NCBI GenBank assembly: GCA_017499595.2
Contig: CM039004.1
Coordinates: forward strand, 3,286,001 to 3,350,000
Origin: Psilocybe cubensis
Lineage: Eukaryota
Length of the DNA stretch: 64,000 bases
Direction: 5' to 3'
Part shown: positions 1-14,800 of the stretch, in pieces
How positions within the stretch are numbered: the first letter of the stretch is position 1
Layout of the letters: every line of letters starts with the position of its first letter
The notes under the pieces: model-generated
Database searches by the model: none
What the model was told of the DNA's origin: nothing
What the model saw: the letters and a program-made list of their open reading frames with translations, nothing else
Program-made: the position numbers and the translations under genes

Positions 1-1096
1 CGGATTTACCTACCATGACAAAATCCGAAACAACGAGCGACTTTGGGAAACCCTGGGAAGTTGCTCACCATCTATCGAAGTTTTTGCGCTCTGGTTCTTC
101 AATTATGCGTCTAGAGAGAATAAAATGATTGAGCTGGGACCCAGAGATCAGATCATATCACCCAGGAGCTTTCGGTTGTTTGGAGGATATGCACCTTGCT
201 TGAGCCGATATGATTCCCCTAATATCCGCTTCGACACTTCGCCTGGAATTTTGACAAGTCGTCTTCAACACCTCAGACTGGAACAACCGTCTAATGCTAA
301 TGAGATATTGAATACAATAATCTGCATACCAACACTCGTAACGCTCTCTGTTTCCCACCTTGACTCCAGCGAGAATTTAACCCTTCCACGCAGGACCAAA
401 GACAGTAGAGTATTTCATACCAAACTCCAACGTATCGAGCTAATGGAACCAATGAACCACAATGCCTACATCATCCTACTCAGTTCTATCGAACCAGCGG
501 AAAACCATTCCTTAATCATTCATTGCTGCCAGGCTCTCGCAGCGCAGAACACAGAGGCCCAGGTCGCACAAATCGGGGACATTCTATACAGGTACGCATC
601 ACTGGCAAGCAAATCGATTGCGGCGGCAATAGAATCCACACTGTGGATAGAGAATCAAACTTTTCAGATATTTTGGAAAGGACCTGGGAGTGAATACAAC
701 ATTCAAATCTCCGACCCTGCTCCACAACACTCATTTTCCCTTTCACTGCTTCGACGTTTCCCTATACCTGGTGGTAATTGCGTTCGAGAAGTTTATCTTA
801 TACTTCAAGTCGACACCAACTTCTATTCTTCTGTTTTCGAAACATTAGCGCCCGTATTTATGTCTGTCAAGAAGTTATCAGCACCGGAAAGGTTTTTCCT
901 GTATATGGCCGATCTGTCCGAGCAGCGCTTTGTTTCCGCTTTCCCGAAACTAGAAACAATAGTGGTGAAATATAGTTGGGATGGGAATGGGGGTGACAAC
1001 GATTCCGAGGTATCCAGATATGTCTTCAGACGGAAAGAAATGGGAATGTTGGTCCCAACCGTCCTTCCCCTGGTTGTCAATCTACAATACCTGTAG
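1..1096 (+). CDS. 3' part of a hypothetical protein, probably of the agaric F-box/LRR-like family (5' end outside the window)
   Basis: A long open frame runs to a TAG at 1096. It has leucine-rich 'L..L.L' segments (LQHLRLE, LVTLSVSHL, FPKLETIVV) typical of the C-terminal regions of these proteins. Confidence 0.5.
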   Translation, partial: GFTYHDKIRNNERLWETLGSCSPSIEVFALWFFNYASRENKMIELGPRDQIISPRSFRLFGGYAPCLSRYDSPNIRFDTSPGILTSRLQHLRLEQPSNANEILNTIICIPTLVTLSVSHLDSSENLTLPRRTKDSRVFHTKLQRIELMEPMNHNAYIILLSSIEPAENHSLIIHCCQALAAQNTEAQVAQIGDILYRYASLASKSIAAAIESTLWIENQTFQIFWKGPGSEYNIQISDPAPQHSFSLSLLRRFPIPGGNCVREVYLILQVDTNFYSSVFETLAPVFMSVKKLSAPERFFLYMADLSEQRFVSAFPKLETIVVKYSWDGNGGDNDSEVSRYVFRRKEMGMLVPTVLPLVVNLQYL

Positions 1097-1619
1097 GTGA
1101 CGACAGAATTTGAAACAGAGGCTCTAGCTTCAAAGTAAGTAGCCACTTCCCAAGAATTGTGATCATAAATGCTATTTGATCATACCGCCTGCTGTATTTT
1201 CAAAGGGATGAAATGTTGCCAGGTTGGCAATATAAGAAACATTAGTTTACTTACGTGAAAACGCTCTAAGTTACATATATTTGCCAGACATGGGTGGTCG
1301 GAATGTAGCACATATGCATAGTTTAGGTTCATTTCGGTTCGGTATAACAAAAATGTGCTTCTAAGCTCGAAGACTGACATATCGCAAGGTCACTATTGTC
1401 GCGTTGGTACCCTTATATTTCCCCTTGAAGCATCACCACAGCGGGGGCCTGATTGCGTGGATCACGTTCATCACATCCACCCAGCCAGTCGACGACCACG
1501 ATGTCGCTGCTTATTGAGTTGAACATTACTGGAGCGCACCTGATTCAATATAATAATGCCTTTGGATAAATATACAGACGAAAGAATGTATAGATCTCTG
1601 AGCGCAACGGTAAAATACA

Positions 1620-3341
1620 CTACACACGATCTTGTAGAATCTTCAAGACGATTCTCTCGTTTTCTTTTAATATAAGTTTCTTACGCAAATCAAAATCTTC
1701 TTTCGTACGTACCCACCCCTCATTCACAAATCTGTGCACTGCTTGACGAATCCGCGAATGAAATCCTAGAGTGACACCTGACGATGACGGGTCGCTTTCG
1801 AGAAAGTCTGACGCATCTCCCGTCCGAAGCACCTTGATGGCTTGGAACTCGCTCATCACAGCAGGTCGATTGATTGTGACTCTGTCGTCATCAATGTAAA
1901 TGTACGATTCCCGCAGCTCACGTACTGCCAGGATCGGAACCTTGAAGACAACAGAACAAGGGTTTTAGCAATTGGACAACAAAGACAAAATATTACAGAA
2001 ACATACATTGGTTTCCAGGCACATTACAATGCTCGAACTCGCCTGGTATTTGAAGTTCTTATCGTCAGCTGCAAGAAAAGCAGGAATACATGCATCCATC
2101 CCGCTCATGAGCTGGTAATACTCGGTATAGTTGAGATTCGTGTGGAACACAACGAGCTGCTTGAGTTCAATGGGAACGTCAATCCACCCGCTTCCAACGA
2201 GATGTAGCTTAAATGGGATTTGATCGATGCTGGTGTCTTGGACGAACGATGGTCCATCACCAAGTGGTAGATATCCCCATGATTCAGGTTCGACTATATG
2301 GTGATAAGTGAGGTTAGATTCTGTGATAAAAGACCTTTCGGCATACCATGAAGAGAATGATTGAGGTCAGCGAAAATCCGAGTGTAATCTCGACGATCAG
2401 TAGAGAATGAGCCTTGAATTACAGCGTTTGAAAAAGGTCGATTAGTCGAGGTCCTCTCTGGAAGACCTTGGAGGTCCAGTATTGGGATATGAGCATCAAC
2501 TGGGATATATTCGTAACCAGCGGATTTGATAGCAACATCAGTGCTCCTTGCAAGGTCTTCAAATTTTCTCAAGAAAGTGTTACCGACGCTGGCAAGAAAC
2601 ATTACATTGAAAACAGGACGACGAAGAACAATAGGACACATACTGTTGTGAAATTGGGAGCAGCCTAATGGCATTCCTACGTGACCATTCCTGGATTGTT
2701 GGCTGCCATGCTTCGTCTCGGACATCGTGCACGATGCAAACGATCTGAAATTTGTGCGCTGAATCACGAGCATCCCATGCCGCCAGCAGCTTTTCACTCC
2801 AGTGCCTCATACTTTGAATCTCGGTGAGCTATACACAAGGTCCGAAATAGGATTATACAACTCACTCAAGTTCGCATGTCCCCAAGACTATCAAGTCAAT
2901 ACCTCCATCACCGCCAACACTCGTCACGTCATCGACTAGTGTATTGTAGTCTTTGTAGGTCCCGTTGTATAGCTTATACGTGTCGACTATTCTTTGAAAA
3001 TCAAAGTAGAATGGCCCAGGAGTATATACCTGCACCTTTCCCTCTTTCATCACACGCTGCAGTGTCCACACTACTGCCATGTACACGTCGAAATGGTATC
3101 CAAACGTCGATGCCACAGCAACATTCCTTCGTTTCTGAGGAGATTCTGGTACCACTTCTTCGCCAACTTGATTATCGATTAGGTTGTACCGGCCTGGGTA
3201 ATTCGATTGGAACTGGCGCAGGGTGAATATGAGGAGGACGAGAGCAATGACAACACCGAGGATCCGGTATCTGAGAGCCTTGCCAGTGTTCGCTCGCCAG
3301 GTTCCAGGAGAAGTCGAGGATAGCAAGGTGTACCCTGACAT
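1620..3341 (-). CDS. Type II membrane, glycosyltransferase-like (GT-B-like) protein, copy 1; multi-exon
   Basis: N-terminal TM helix (ILGVVIALVLLIFTL). ORF pieces 2862-3341, 2580-2810, 2294-2797, 1965-2150 and 1620-1859 join through GT..AG introns. A near-identical copy lies at 18807-20526. The glycosyltransferase assignment is inferred from topology and motifs (IVCIVH, YYQLMSGMD, SSSIVMCLETNVPIL). Confidence 0.7.
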
Positions 3342-4992
3342 GTCGGTTGATGCAGGTCAAGATGAATCACACGAGCCATCGCGCTATTCAGCCGTCGACG
3401 TTATTGAGCGCGTGAATATTGATTGGAGATGGTTCTTCGTTTTCCGCTGTGATGGATGTATTTTTATATAACGAAGATCAGCCAAGACTCAAATGTCAGA
3501 AAAATGCTTTGGTCGGCTTGATTGCCGAGCCTAAGTTCAACGTGTTGCGCCCTGCGAAATTGTACCTGGCTAGACGCTACTACTAGACCTATTATTCGAC
3601 TGAAATCTCTGAGAGTTTGAATTTCGTTCATACAGCCACGACAGACCTTGAGTGATTGCCCAGTACTCGAACTTTCCGTTGATTTACATATGTTCAACGA
3701 TTAACTATTATGCCCCAATACAAATCACATATGATCTTTTGAGCATTTTCTTCTTTCACTTTGTCTTGTTGCATGATGAAGCGTTTATGGTGTTCTTGTG
3801 TCCCGACTTAGCTCTCTGACTCAACCAAGATTTCAACACTCATCCACACGAATGCACATCATACGTCCATTCATCATTCTTTCACTTCATATTAGAAAAA
3901 TTACCGTCGATTTCGGCCATTAACTGAATTTTAAAAAATTGTCGGCTCAATTCCATTGTTAGGCATCTTTTATAGTGTTAGTAATTATTTACTGATGAAC
4001 CCTTTTGTATGACGCCCAACCCGTACCACGGCGTTTGATATACGCAGTCTACCTAGCTCTAGTTGATGAACCGGACAGCAGAAGATTTGTATAGATATGA
4101 TACCGCATGGCACTGAGTCCGCCCGCCGCGCCCGCCATAGTCCGATGCCGCATTTGCATGTCTCACGGCAGCGCGCACTTTCCTTTTTGGACACACGGAT
4201 CACAGACGCGACCAGACAGGAAAAACCAAGAAGAACGCAAGCATCGACCACCACTAGTCAATTATAGGCTGGCAACTGCTCTGCGTCTGTACGAGCCAGA
4301 GTACCACGCTAGACTAGTCCCACAGCGAAGAACAAAGTGCGTATTCGGAGCGGCTGATGTCAACGTCCAGGCAAAACGGAAATTGATGTCATCCTCCCAG
4401 TGTAAGAGTGCGGTCACAGACTGAGATCTCGAGAGGGTGCGGTTCGCTCGTTCGGATGCCGTCGGATGGTCCGCTCTATTTATGCGTCATCGCTATCGCC
4501 CTCGCTCAGCTTATTTCGTCAGCTGAGTAACCCAGAGTACCGCCAGGCCGTCACTTTCCTCAATCAGCCACAACCCTTAGCTTTCTCCGATCTTATCTAG
4601 CTAGCGCGTTTTCCTTGTTCCAAGACCTTCTTCTTCGGCGCGCACATATAAAGCGAAGAGTGAAAGACTCGGAGACTTCCTTCTCTTTGTCGTCATTTGA
4701 CTAGTGTGGCATTCATCCTCACCTCCACTGCACCTTCTACTTCTCATTGACAAGGCGCCTTAGGGTTTTCGTTTTCCATTCCAAGTTCATTGTTGGAGAA
4801 ACATGGCAAACTATAGTATGTTTCGGATGATCTAGACTGTTCACGGCAGTGTAACAGTTCACTTACAAGAGTTGCTCAGATCAAAAAGTCGAGGCGGATA
4901 ACAGGAAGTTTGTTCCGTCAATTAGAAGTATCCTGTATCTCATTGGATTTGTGCTCATCTTCGCCCTTAGTACGTCTGCCTCTCTGTTTGAT

Positions 4993-5668
4993 ATGCATCT
5001 CAGCTCCTTGTTCATCGTAATCTCTACTTTTTTACTAGCGTGCGCGGAGCTTGGGCTTGTCTCACAGCAGATTCACAAATATGGGCGCTTCGCTGAGAAC
5101 TACGCATCGCTCCAGTACAAGAACGTGCTCGGCCTCCTTCTCTGCGCGTGTCTCGTCTCTCTGCTCGTCACCATATTCCATTTATTCCTCAACGTTGGCT
5201 GTACGTACTCCTTCAGCACCATCCTTCGCATATTTTCTGAAACCTGATTTACAACTCATACATTAAATTCTTCATTGCTTGCACACCATTATAGTCGTTG
5301 CGTTCTTTTCTCTGGTTCTTGCGGTATTCTTTGGTACGGGCGCAGGCGTGATTCGCACCGCGACGCCCTTCCGTGGAACGAGCTGTGGGCGCCCAGCGGA
5401 TGCGTACCCGGAAAAGTGGCAACGCTTCGCACATGAGTGCTCGCGCATTGTCTCAATAGAAGCTGTCGCTTGGTCTCTTTGTGCGTTATTTCCCTTCAAA
5501 TATGACTTCTTTACTCTGTCCCGGAGGCTGACATCATACTATTGTTGGTTTTAATTACTAGGGGGATTGTATATTTTCATGCTTATCGGCTGCTTGATGT
5601 ATATGTTCAGGATTAGCTTGCGGGCGACACCCGGAGGGTTCTATGGATCGCACACGCGTTCTGTCTAA
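4993..5668 (+). CDS. Small four-TM MARVEL-like membrane protein; 3 exons
   Basis: ATG at 4993, introns at about 5201-5294 and 5481-5561, TAA at 5668. Four hydrophobic helices and a C..C loop followed by 'IEAVAWSLW', typical of fungal MARVEL-like proteins. Confidence 0.7.
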
Positions 5669-8600
5669 GATAAGAGCTCGGTGTGCATGTGTGGTTCATG
5701 GAGATGGCACGGATATTCGATTGTCTGTGCTTTCCTGTATCCCGGAACCATGCCTCATCCTCGTTCTCGTTCTCCTTGCTCACTGGAATATTCACCTTTT
5801 CATTCGCCCTTGGTTCTTCATTTTGACCCTGCTCAACTCTTGCATACAACCCTTCCATTTATGTTCCATGATCTATCACGACTTGACGCCCATACATCTC
5901 CTCTATTATCTTCTTTTACACACTTAATTTCATTGCTCCCGAATTCACGTTTTCCTCATTGCGTTTTCGTCTCTTAATCATAACCCTTGTTCTAAATCAC
6001 ATTTTCAATTTCAAATGTTGTAGTGATAGAAGTCGTTGCTTTCGTTCAATACGTGAGGTTAAAAACCTCTCCACCCATGACCAATGACACGAGAGTTCTG
6101 CTAGAAGTGGGGCACGCGTTATATTGGTGGCCGAACAGGACCCACCTCGTTTCCCTTCTGCTTTTCCGTATTGTGTTTATAAGCGACGAGCTCCGAGGGA
6201 GTTTATAAATAAAGTAGCACGCGATAATTGCATCGAGAACTCGAGGACTTTACAGACCAGAGTTACTAAGCGCCGTGATGTCATGCCATGTCGAAGTCGT
6301 GAGTGCGGGTAGGCGCGGGTACACGTACTCATTTAATTATTGCACGACTACCCGATGATCCCCATAGGCCTTGGTTTTGTGTCAATGGTCAATGGTCGAT
6401 GGCGGCTGGGCTAGGATGGATGTGTGGAGAATTTACTAATGACCAGTTAGGCGCTCTAGATTTAGTCACGGACTGGGAAATAGAGTCTGCGTGGGATTTG
6501 TGAACTCCGAGCTGCTTATTTAACTGTGCTGCTGCTAATTGGCACCTTCTTCTCCCTGGGTCCCCAGGGTAAACGTCGAGAAATTGCAAGACGATAACAC
6601 GCGCTTGAGTCAGATCCTCTGCCTTCCCCCTTTCTTCGTTCAAAGAACCCATATTGCCGGTCTTCGCCGTTCGGTGATTCGGTACTCGAGATTGCATTCA
6701 GCATGGATTACGGGCCGGGTGGCAACGTTTGCTATCCTATCTTGATTGGGATACATCGCATAGTGGGCTGTATTTTCTCGACTCCGCCGGTACCAGTGAG
6801 AATGGGATGAAGAGATTGAGAACCTTATCAAATATTTCCTGGGACTCATTCCCTCCATTGATGCGACACTTACATGAGAACAGCCAGATAAATATGAATG
6901 ATTCAGACATGGTATATGGAGCGAAGAAGAGAAATGACGCGAAGCGATTCGATCGAGGGGAGGATGGGAAGGTGTTACGGTGCGAATAGACAGCCGTGAG
7001 ATTATTAATTCTCGCCGGCGGATTGTGAGGGTGCTAGCGACTGCGTGCGAAACAGATTTTCAATTTGCTTGGTAACTGGTACCTGTTTGGCAGACAATGG
7101 ATAAGCTTAGAAAAACTGATTGAATGTGTCTGTTTCTATGGAACGAAGTGATCTGATATTTTCTGTTAACTAGTGAACGCGCCGTCATTTTATTAGCATT
7201 CGAGACATGAACAACTTGACATTTATCGTAGGGTCGTTGTTAGAATGGTACTTGCTGACGCAGTCATATTAGAATTTAGATGCATTTTCGTCAGTAAGGA
7301 TACTGCTCAACCGCTGGTGTGGAGTTCTTCCTAGATCTTGTGCGTGGTAAGTTAGCGAATCCAGACATAAATGTGTGGACGTTGCGCATGTATCAAGGAT
7401 TTTAAAAAGATGTATATTGACTGGACTCACTTGGATCTACACTGGTCGGAGTAGACCCCGTGGAGGAGTATATAGGCCAGTGGCGGCAGGAATATAATCA
7501 TGCACGCCATCGGGAACAGCGGAAAACATGAAACTAAAAGCGCTCTATTGCGGGGGGCGGGTAAAGTGAGGAGATATTGCGGATCTTCTGGAGCCTTTGG
7601 GTTATAGCGCCATTGGGGGAAGATAACATTTACACCATACAAGTTTGACTGGGAATGTCAATGAGCGTGAGTTTGAGTATTCACTTAGTATGGGACTTGG
7701 ATGTCGTCTGGGTCGATAGAGAGTCAGACTGCATCTTTGAAAGACGGTTTTTATGAATACGTCATTGTTAGAATAACCATATCCATATACCAGATGCTTT
7801 CCTGTCACCTTTTTCCACATATGTACATGGCCTTTCCTTTCTCAGCAGCTACTTGCTTCTTCGAGAGCTGCTTATTTTGGACCGCCTGGCCCTATATAAG
7901 GCGGCCTCCTCTTCATATAACGCACCCCACATCTTGACCCCCAACTATCACCACACATTTCTCTGTCGTCTCTGCACTCCCGAATCTTCGCCTTGCAATC
8001 TATGGAATTTTGCGGCCTGAAGCGCCTCGCTCACAACAAGATACTGCAGTTGCCGTAACGCGGCAGCAGTAATCGCGTCGTGCGGCATTGTGCGGCACAC
8101 GGCATCTATTGCGCCGTAGCCATAGGCGAAATCAAATGGCGTCGAATCGGCGGATACGGTCCTGGATCGGGAATTTTTTGATTGGTGGGTGAGTATATGC
8201 GCATATATGCGCCATGGAGATGGCAAAGCTCGTCGTCATTTGTGAGTCACTGTGATTTTTGGCCATGTTGTTCTACCTAGACAAGAGATTTGACCTAACA
8301 CCACTTCGAATACATATCATGCCAGCTATCCCGTAAAACCACCCAAATTGGCGCTTGTGAATCTATTTTGACCCTCGTGGTTACCACAAGTCCGAGCTGT
8401 CAATACTTTCGACCGACAGCCCAGTTTGATTTTTATCTTGCCCGGCGCGTATTTCCGTTGCCCCACTTGCGACCCACACCGTGCACAGTGTCAGCGTCGC
8501 CACGCTTTTCTGCGCCTGCAACACGTGCTGGACCTCATTTTGGCTTTCTCTCCCCCTTCCACTCTTCTCGGTTGCTACTATCATGTCAGTCCATTTTTCG

Positions 8601-8809
8601 AGCGAGCTAGTGCAATTCACTGACGTGCATACATGCATATAGGTTGATATAGCTCAATTCGGACACACTAGACCGGTTCAGTCCTATAGATCTTTCGTCA
8701 AGGTTGGTTTCTTGCATATTGGAGTCTTGTACGTACACAATCATTTTCACTTTTGACTGCTCTACCTTGTTAGAGGCGGTCTGACGTTTTTCGTCCGCCA
8801 GGAAGAGAT

Positions 8810-11800
8810 ATGAACCCTTCTCCTGCGCAGAATAACGACCACGACACACAACCACCTTCGTATCCACAATTGTCCTCGCCCCGTCGTTCTCCTCTTACAC
8901 AGTCGTCCGCATCGTCCTCGGTGGATGGGAGGAAGGCAAAACTACATTTACACCCCTACTCCAGCACCAATGACAACTCGATCTCGCAATCATCCCTCGA
9001 CCGCGCGCGTACACGCTCCTCACCTGCACTGTCGACCAGGTCATCAACAAAGTCGTCTGCGTCGTCTTCGTCGGATGGAAAGAAACGCATTGGGAATGGG
9101 AGTGAGAATAGGAGTACAGCTGGACCGCTGCCTAGCACACCAACATCACCCGCAACCGCGCGGAACGGACGCCAACTATTGCAAAAAGATACCCACACCC
9201 ACGCCAATCCTAATCCCACAGCCAACGCTAATTCTACAGCATCAACATCAGGATCGACATCACCATCAGGATTGGGAAGAAGGACCGGTACTATGGTGGG
9301 CGAGCGGCCGCGCTCGGTGTCAACTGGCAGCAGAAGTAGTACCATGCAGGTACAGCGCGCTGCAGCGACTCCTACTCCTCCTCCGCCATACACCATCTCA
9401 GCTGCAGCGCATACATCCTCGTCCACCACTGCACCTTCGACTCGAATACCGACAAAGTCGCTGACCCACACATCCTCTCCACCCACCACGGCATCTCCAT
9501 CCTCCCCTTCATCCAGTCCAACAGCTCATGGTCATGCGAACTCGAACGCAATCCGCCGCCCATCACTCGCATCACCACTTCCACCCTCGCCTCTTGTCCC
9601 GCCTTCGCATACATTGCCGCATCCACACGCGCACAGTCACCCACACTCGACCCCGACAACTCCAGGCAACAAGCGATATACGACACTGACCTCGTCATCC
9701 CATACGTTGTCACCCTCAGCACACGCACAAGTCCACTTTCCCTCGTCACGCGAATCTCCGTTACCATCTTCTTCGTCGTCAGGAGTGGCAGCAGGAAGAA
9801 TGGTTCACGGAAGGCATAAATCCAATCCGAGTTTGCGTTCGGGGCCTATGGGTGAAGGATACCCGGCAGAAGTGCATGCAAGTGGGCAGGGTCATGTACA
9901 ACGACCGTCAGTACAAGGATGGGCGCATGCTCAGTACGTTACGCTGCCTTCATCGCGTGTGCATGCGCGTGGCCATGTTTCTTCGAATCCTAGTTCCAAT
10001 TCCTATGCAGCCACCACTGCAAATGGTAACGCCAGTACGTCGTCGAGTCCTGGGTCGGCCATGAACGGAAACGCGTCGTCAATGCGCCCCGAGTCACCCT
10101 CTACTGCTGCCATGATGCGGCGCCTGCTTGCCAAGCCAGCACCTGTGGGGTCATCGTCTCCATCGCATGTTTACAATAGCGATGGCTATACGAGCCCCGG
10201 TGGAGGAAACAGTGGGACGGAGAGACGCCGAGGCACGGGTCTAGCGTATTTGAGCGGGAGTGAGAGTGATTCGGGGTGGCCTGGGTCTCCTCGAGCGATT
10301 GAAGAGGCAACGGGAAAGCCAACGACTCAATTACAGCCGGTTCGGCGCCAACCACCAACTCAATCCCAACCCCAGTCTCAGCAGCAACCACAAGCCAGGA
10401 ACAAGCTAAAAAAGACACCCGAAGAGAAGGAACGCGCGATGGCGCGCGGCGTTGCCGATCTTGCGTTTTTCAACGACGGTGGGTTGGATTTGGGGTTGGG
10501 GAAAGGTTGGGATAAGGACGGGAGGTATCCTGTTGGCAGTGGCAGTGGGATCGGTATTGGGAATGGGAAGAAGGAGCTTGGGCGCAGTGTCAGTCTCGGT
10601 GCTGGTGCGGCAGGATATCATCAGGCCAAACCCCGCCAGGAGCAACAGCAGCATCAAGACTACTATTACCAGCAGGCGAAGCAGCAGCAGTATGCGCGGT
10701 ATTCCGAGCAGCAACCGTATCAGCTCTCGAATGGAGCGACCATACCCTCCTCGACCACATTCGCAGAGAAAGAAAAAGAGACAGAGAAAGAGAAGGAGAA
10801 GGAGGAGAAGCGCAAGCCAAACCTCCTGAGGCGGAAGAATAGCAGCGCTGCGGCCGCCGGAGCACCTATGCACACACGATCTGCAAAAAACAAGGAAAAG
10901 GAGAGGGAGAGGGAAAAAGAGAGCAAACATTATGTGTCGGCATCAAGCGGTTCGTCGTCGCAGGGTCATTTGCATTCGTACTCTCAACCAAACTCGCACT
11001 CGAGTCACCACAATCCATCGCATTCACATCCGCATACTCTACAACAATATCCACACCCGTACGCGTACCCACACCCTCAATCACAAAATCCTCCTCCACC
11101 TTCAACCCAGAACCAGAACTACAGGACAAGCTCATATGTGTCCCCACCCCCACATCCTCACTATTCAGAGTTTGGCGTCATGTCTTCGTCGCCTTCTCAG
11201 GAATATAGGGGGAGTGGGAACGGAGACCAAGCGCTCGGACGAGGTCAAGCACACGGATACCGACAAGGTCAAGAGCGAGGTCAAGCACAAGTAGCACAAG
11301 GTCATGCACAAGAGGGACCGGGGTACGCGAGCGGAGGCTATACCGTCAATGGGGCCGGACCTCACGGACCGGGTATGCATGGTGAGTTATCCACTGTTTT
11401 TTTTTTCTCATTCACACCTTCTTTCCCCGGCTGCTTGCTTATTTGTTGGGTGGGTTGGTGGTGGTGTTTGTTTGCGCATTTGCGTGTTTGTGCTTCTGTT
11501 GCCCCGCTACACTGGGAGATTTAGAGTGAGGGGCTTTTGGACGGACATAGTAATGGACTGAAGGACATCGTCGCATCAAGCCGAGTTTGTCGTATCGTAT
11601 CGTATCACATACGGTCGCTTTTTCGTATTTTCGGGGCGTTGCTTGCTTGTTAACCTTACTTACCCACGCCTTGCATTCTCCTCTCTTGTCTCTCCCTCCT
11701 TTTTTTCGCCAGGGTCCGAGTTCGACGAGCCATTCCTACAACCGCAGCAGCAACTGAGGCCAGTATATCACGATCAGAAACGGGGTTTGTATCAACATCA

Positions 11801-14800
11801 GGAACAGCATCGCCATCAACATCACGATCAGAGCGAAAGTGAGAGGTGGGGCGAGAGGGAGGGAGAAGAAGACGCATACCATCAACATCAGCAGCTGCAG
11901 CAACTCGAGCACCAGCGGGAAGGTTTAAGTCTAAGAGAACAGGATCAGGAACGAGAACGAGAGGTACGTCTATTCTACACTGCATTTGTAGATTCTTTGC
12001 GTCCTAACGCAGTCGCGGGGTTTGCGTTGGGTGTGCAGCACCCGCAGGAGCTTCACGATTTCACGAATTCGACTACGCCTTCGACGTCGCCTGCGAGCGA
12101 CGCACATACTTCGCTTTCAACCGATATGCGTTTCCTAGGAGGATCTTCCAGCACGGGTAAGACGAAGAGTACGCCTGGTGCCAGCGCAACGTCGCCAGTC
12201 ACTGGCTCTGTCCCTGGCAATGTGGTAAAGAGCCTTGGCAAGTCGACAGGTAAATCATCGGGCGCAGGCAAAGCCACAGGTGTACACCGCGCTGCATCGG
12301 CCTCCGCTGTCCTCGCCAGTCTGAACCCGACCCCGCGGTATGACTCCTCTTCGTCTGTGCAGCGATCCTCGGGTCTCCCGTCTCCGTCACCTTCATCATC
12401 GACGTTCAGAAACGTCAGCAGACAGAGCGACGCACCCCGCACACATACACGCACACACACCGACATTCACATCCGCCCCATCGCCAGTGGCAGCGGCAAC
12501 GGCACCTCCAAGGACCCACCGCGCTCGCCACGCTCGCCTATCCCGATGCCCACCCTCGTCCCCCTGCCTATCCCGTCCCCAACTCCGATCGGCACGCAGG
12601 CCCAATCTTCATCGTTTGCGTACTCTCGGGTACCCGGTACACCCGGCAGTGGGCGGAGCGGTAGTAGCGGAGGAGGAGGAGGAGGAGGAGGAGCGCTGCG
12701 CCCACCCGCGCCGCTGTTTGTGACGAACCCGAACCCGGGATCGGGATCGAGCGTGAGTTCACGAGGGAGCGCGTCTCCCTTGCCATCACCGCTGCCGTCG
12801 CCCTCACCATCTGCACTTCGTGCGCCGTCGCGGGCGTTTTCTCCTGTACAGTCGCAGTCGCCACCCCCAGTGGAGGGGAATGCGATTAAGAGCCCGGCGG
12901 TAGGGGCGGCTGCGGCAAAGAGTCCAGTTGGCATTCGGTTCTTTGGGCGGGGTGGAAGTGGGAGCGTGAGTGCATTGGCTGAGAAGGAACATGGGAAGGA
13001 GAAGAAGCGAGAGAAGGAAAGCGAGAAATCCAAGGCGAAGGAGAAGGAAAAGGATAAGGAAAAAATGAAAGAAAAGGAAAAGGAGCGCGGGCGGACGTCG
13101 GTCACACCTGCATCATCGCTTGTTGAGGCATACAAACGGCAGGAACGGGAGCGGGAGATGCTGGCGAGAATAGCATCTGGCGGCGGTGGTGAGAGCAACG
13201 GTGTAATCGAAACATTGGAGGAGGAACAGGAGGATGTGTATGAGTATCAGAGCCGTGGGCAGATTTATGGCAAGAATGAAGAAAAGCAGCGGCAGCGGGT
13301 TATTGCAGAGCGGCTAGAGGAAGATTTGAAAGTGCGCAGGGCGGCGCTGGAGGAGGCCAAGGCTGCGAAAGCGAAAGCGAAAGCGGAGGAGGAGGAGCGG
13401 GTGAAGGCCGAAGCAGAGGCAAGGGCGAGGATGCAAGCTGAGGCTGAGGCTGAGGCTGAGGCTGAGCGACAGGCTGCTAAGGAGAAGGAGAGAGAAGCGG
13501 GTATGAGGCGGAGATACAGTCTCTCGCTGCTGGACGCTCTGGATGTAAATACATCCACTGACAACGCTTCACGCCCTGGTTCGAGCGCTGGTCGGAGTCG
13601 GAGTGCGGCAAGAGGCGACAAAGATCCGGATAGAAGGACGCCAACGCCGACAGTGTCCGTGCGGAGGAACTTGACCGTGGACGGAGCGAGCCATTCCCAT
13701 CACCACCATCATCATACTAATTATCACCATCCACCACAACATCAGCAAAGTCAGCCTCATTCAACACATCATCATCATCACCAGCACCACCAGCTGCAGC
13801 GCTCGCAGAATTCACAGTCGTCTCTGCTGCAGCAACAGCGCAAGTCGGTGTATTCGTTTGCGAGCGGGGTGACGCAGGACAGCGGGCTGGACCTTGGACC
13901 GCGCGCGGCGTCGGGGTCGATGGAGCTCGATTCGTACTCGTATGTGCAGATGGAGGGGCAGCGGGAGCGTGGTTGGGATGTGATACAGCGTGTCGTGGGT
14001 GGTGGAGATGGTGCAGTTGCTTCAGGTTCCGGGGTTGATGGGCGCAGCGAGAGTGTGGCGCCTTCGTTGGATTTGAAGTTGAGTTTGGATTTTGATTTGG
14101 GTTTGGAGTTTCGGACTTCGGTGGAGAGTGGTAAAGAGGAAGAGGTAGGGGCGAAGAAGGGAGTTGAGAAGAAGGTGGATATGGAGAAGGTGAAGGTGAA
14201 TGAGAGGCAGGCGAAGGGTGAAGAGGTCCAGGAAACGGAGGTAGCTGAAGGTGAAGGCGATGCTACGCCGTATTACACCGTGTTTGGAAGCTCGTCTGGT
14301 CGCGTTGTTGCGGTAGGAAGTCGAGAGGATGCTTGGGCGGGTGTGACTTCGTCCGACATCTATTCTGGCAAGGGCAAGGAACGCCAGACAGCGCGCGACA
14401 AGGAGAAGGATAGCGGTCGCCCCAGCCTGAGTCGAACACTGAGCAAGAAGGTGTCGGAGCGGTGGAAGAAACAGGGTGGAAGTGTTGTGGGCGTGTTTAG
14501 TGATTCTGAGGGGCGGAGTCCGGTCGGGCGGGCGAGCATGCAGGAACGAAGGAAGGTTTTGTCGCGCAAGGCGGGTACAGGCACGTCGGGAACGGTGGAT
14601 GAGGAGGAGGACAGGAGAGCAAAGGCGAAGCATCGGCGGTCGTTGACGTTGTCCATTGATAAATACGCGTCTGAAGATGACGGGCCGGAGGTTGCACCGA
14701 AAAATGTAAAGGCGAAGGAAGAACTGGCTTCTGTGTCGCACAACAACAGTCCGGCTGGCACTGGCAACTCTTCGAGTGGTGGTGGGAAGTTTTGGAAGCT

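Noticed and set aside
7427-7900. Small hydrophobic ORF downstream of a TATA-like motif
   Set aside because: In-frame stops upstream, no ATG-led model and no recognisable family.
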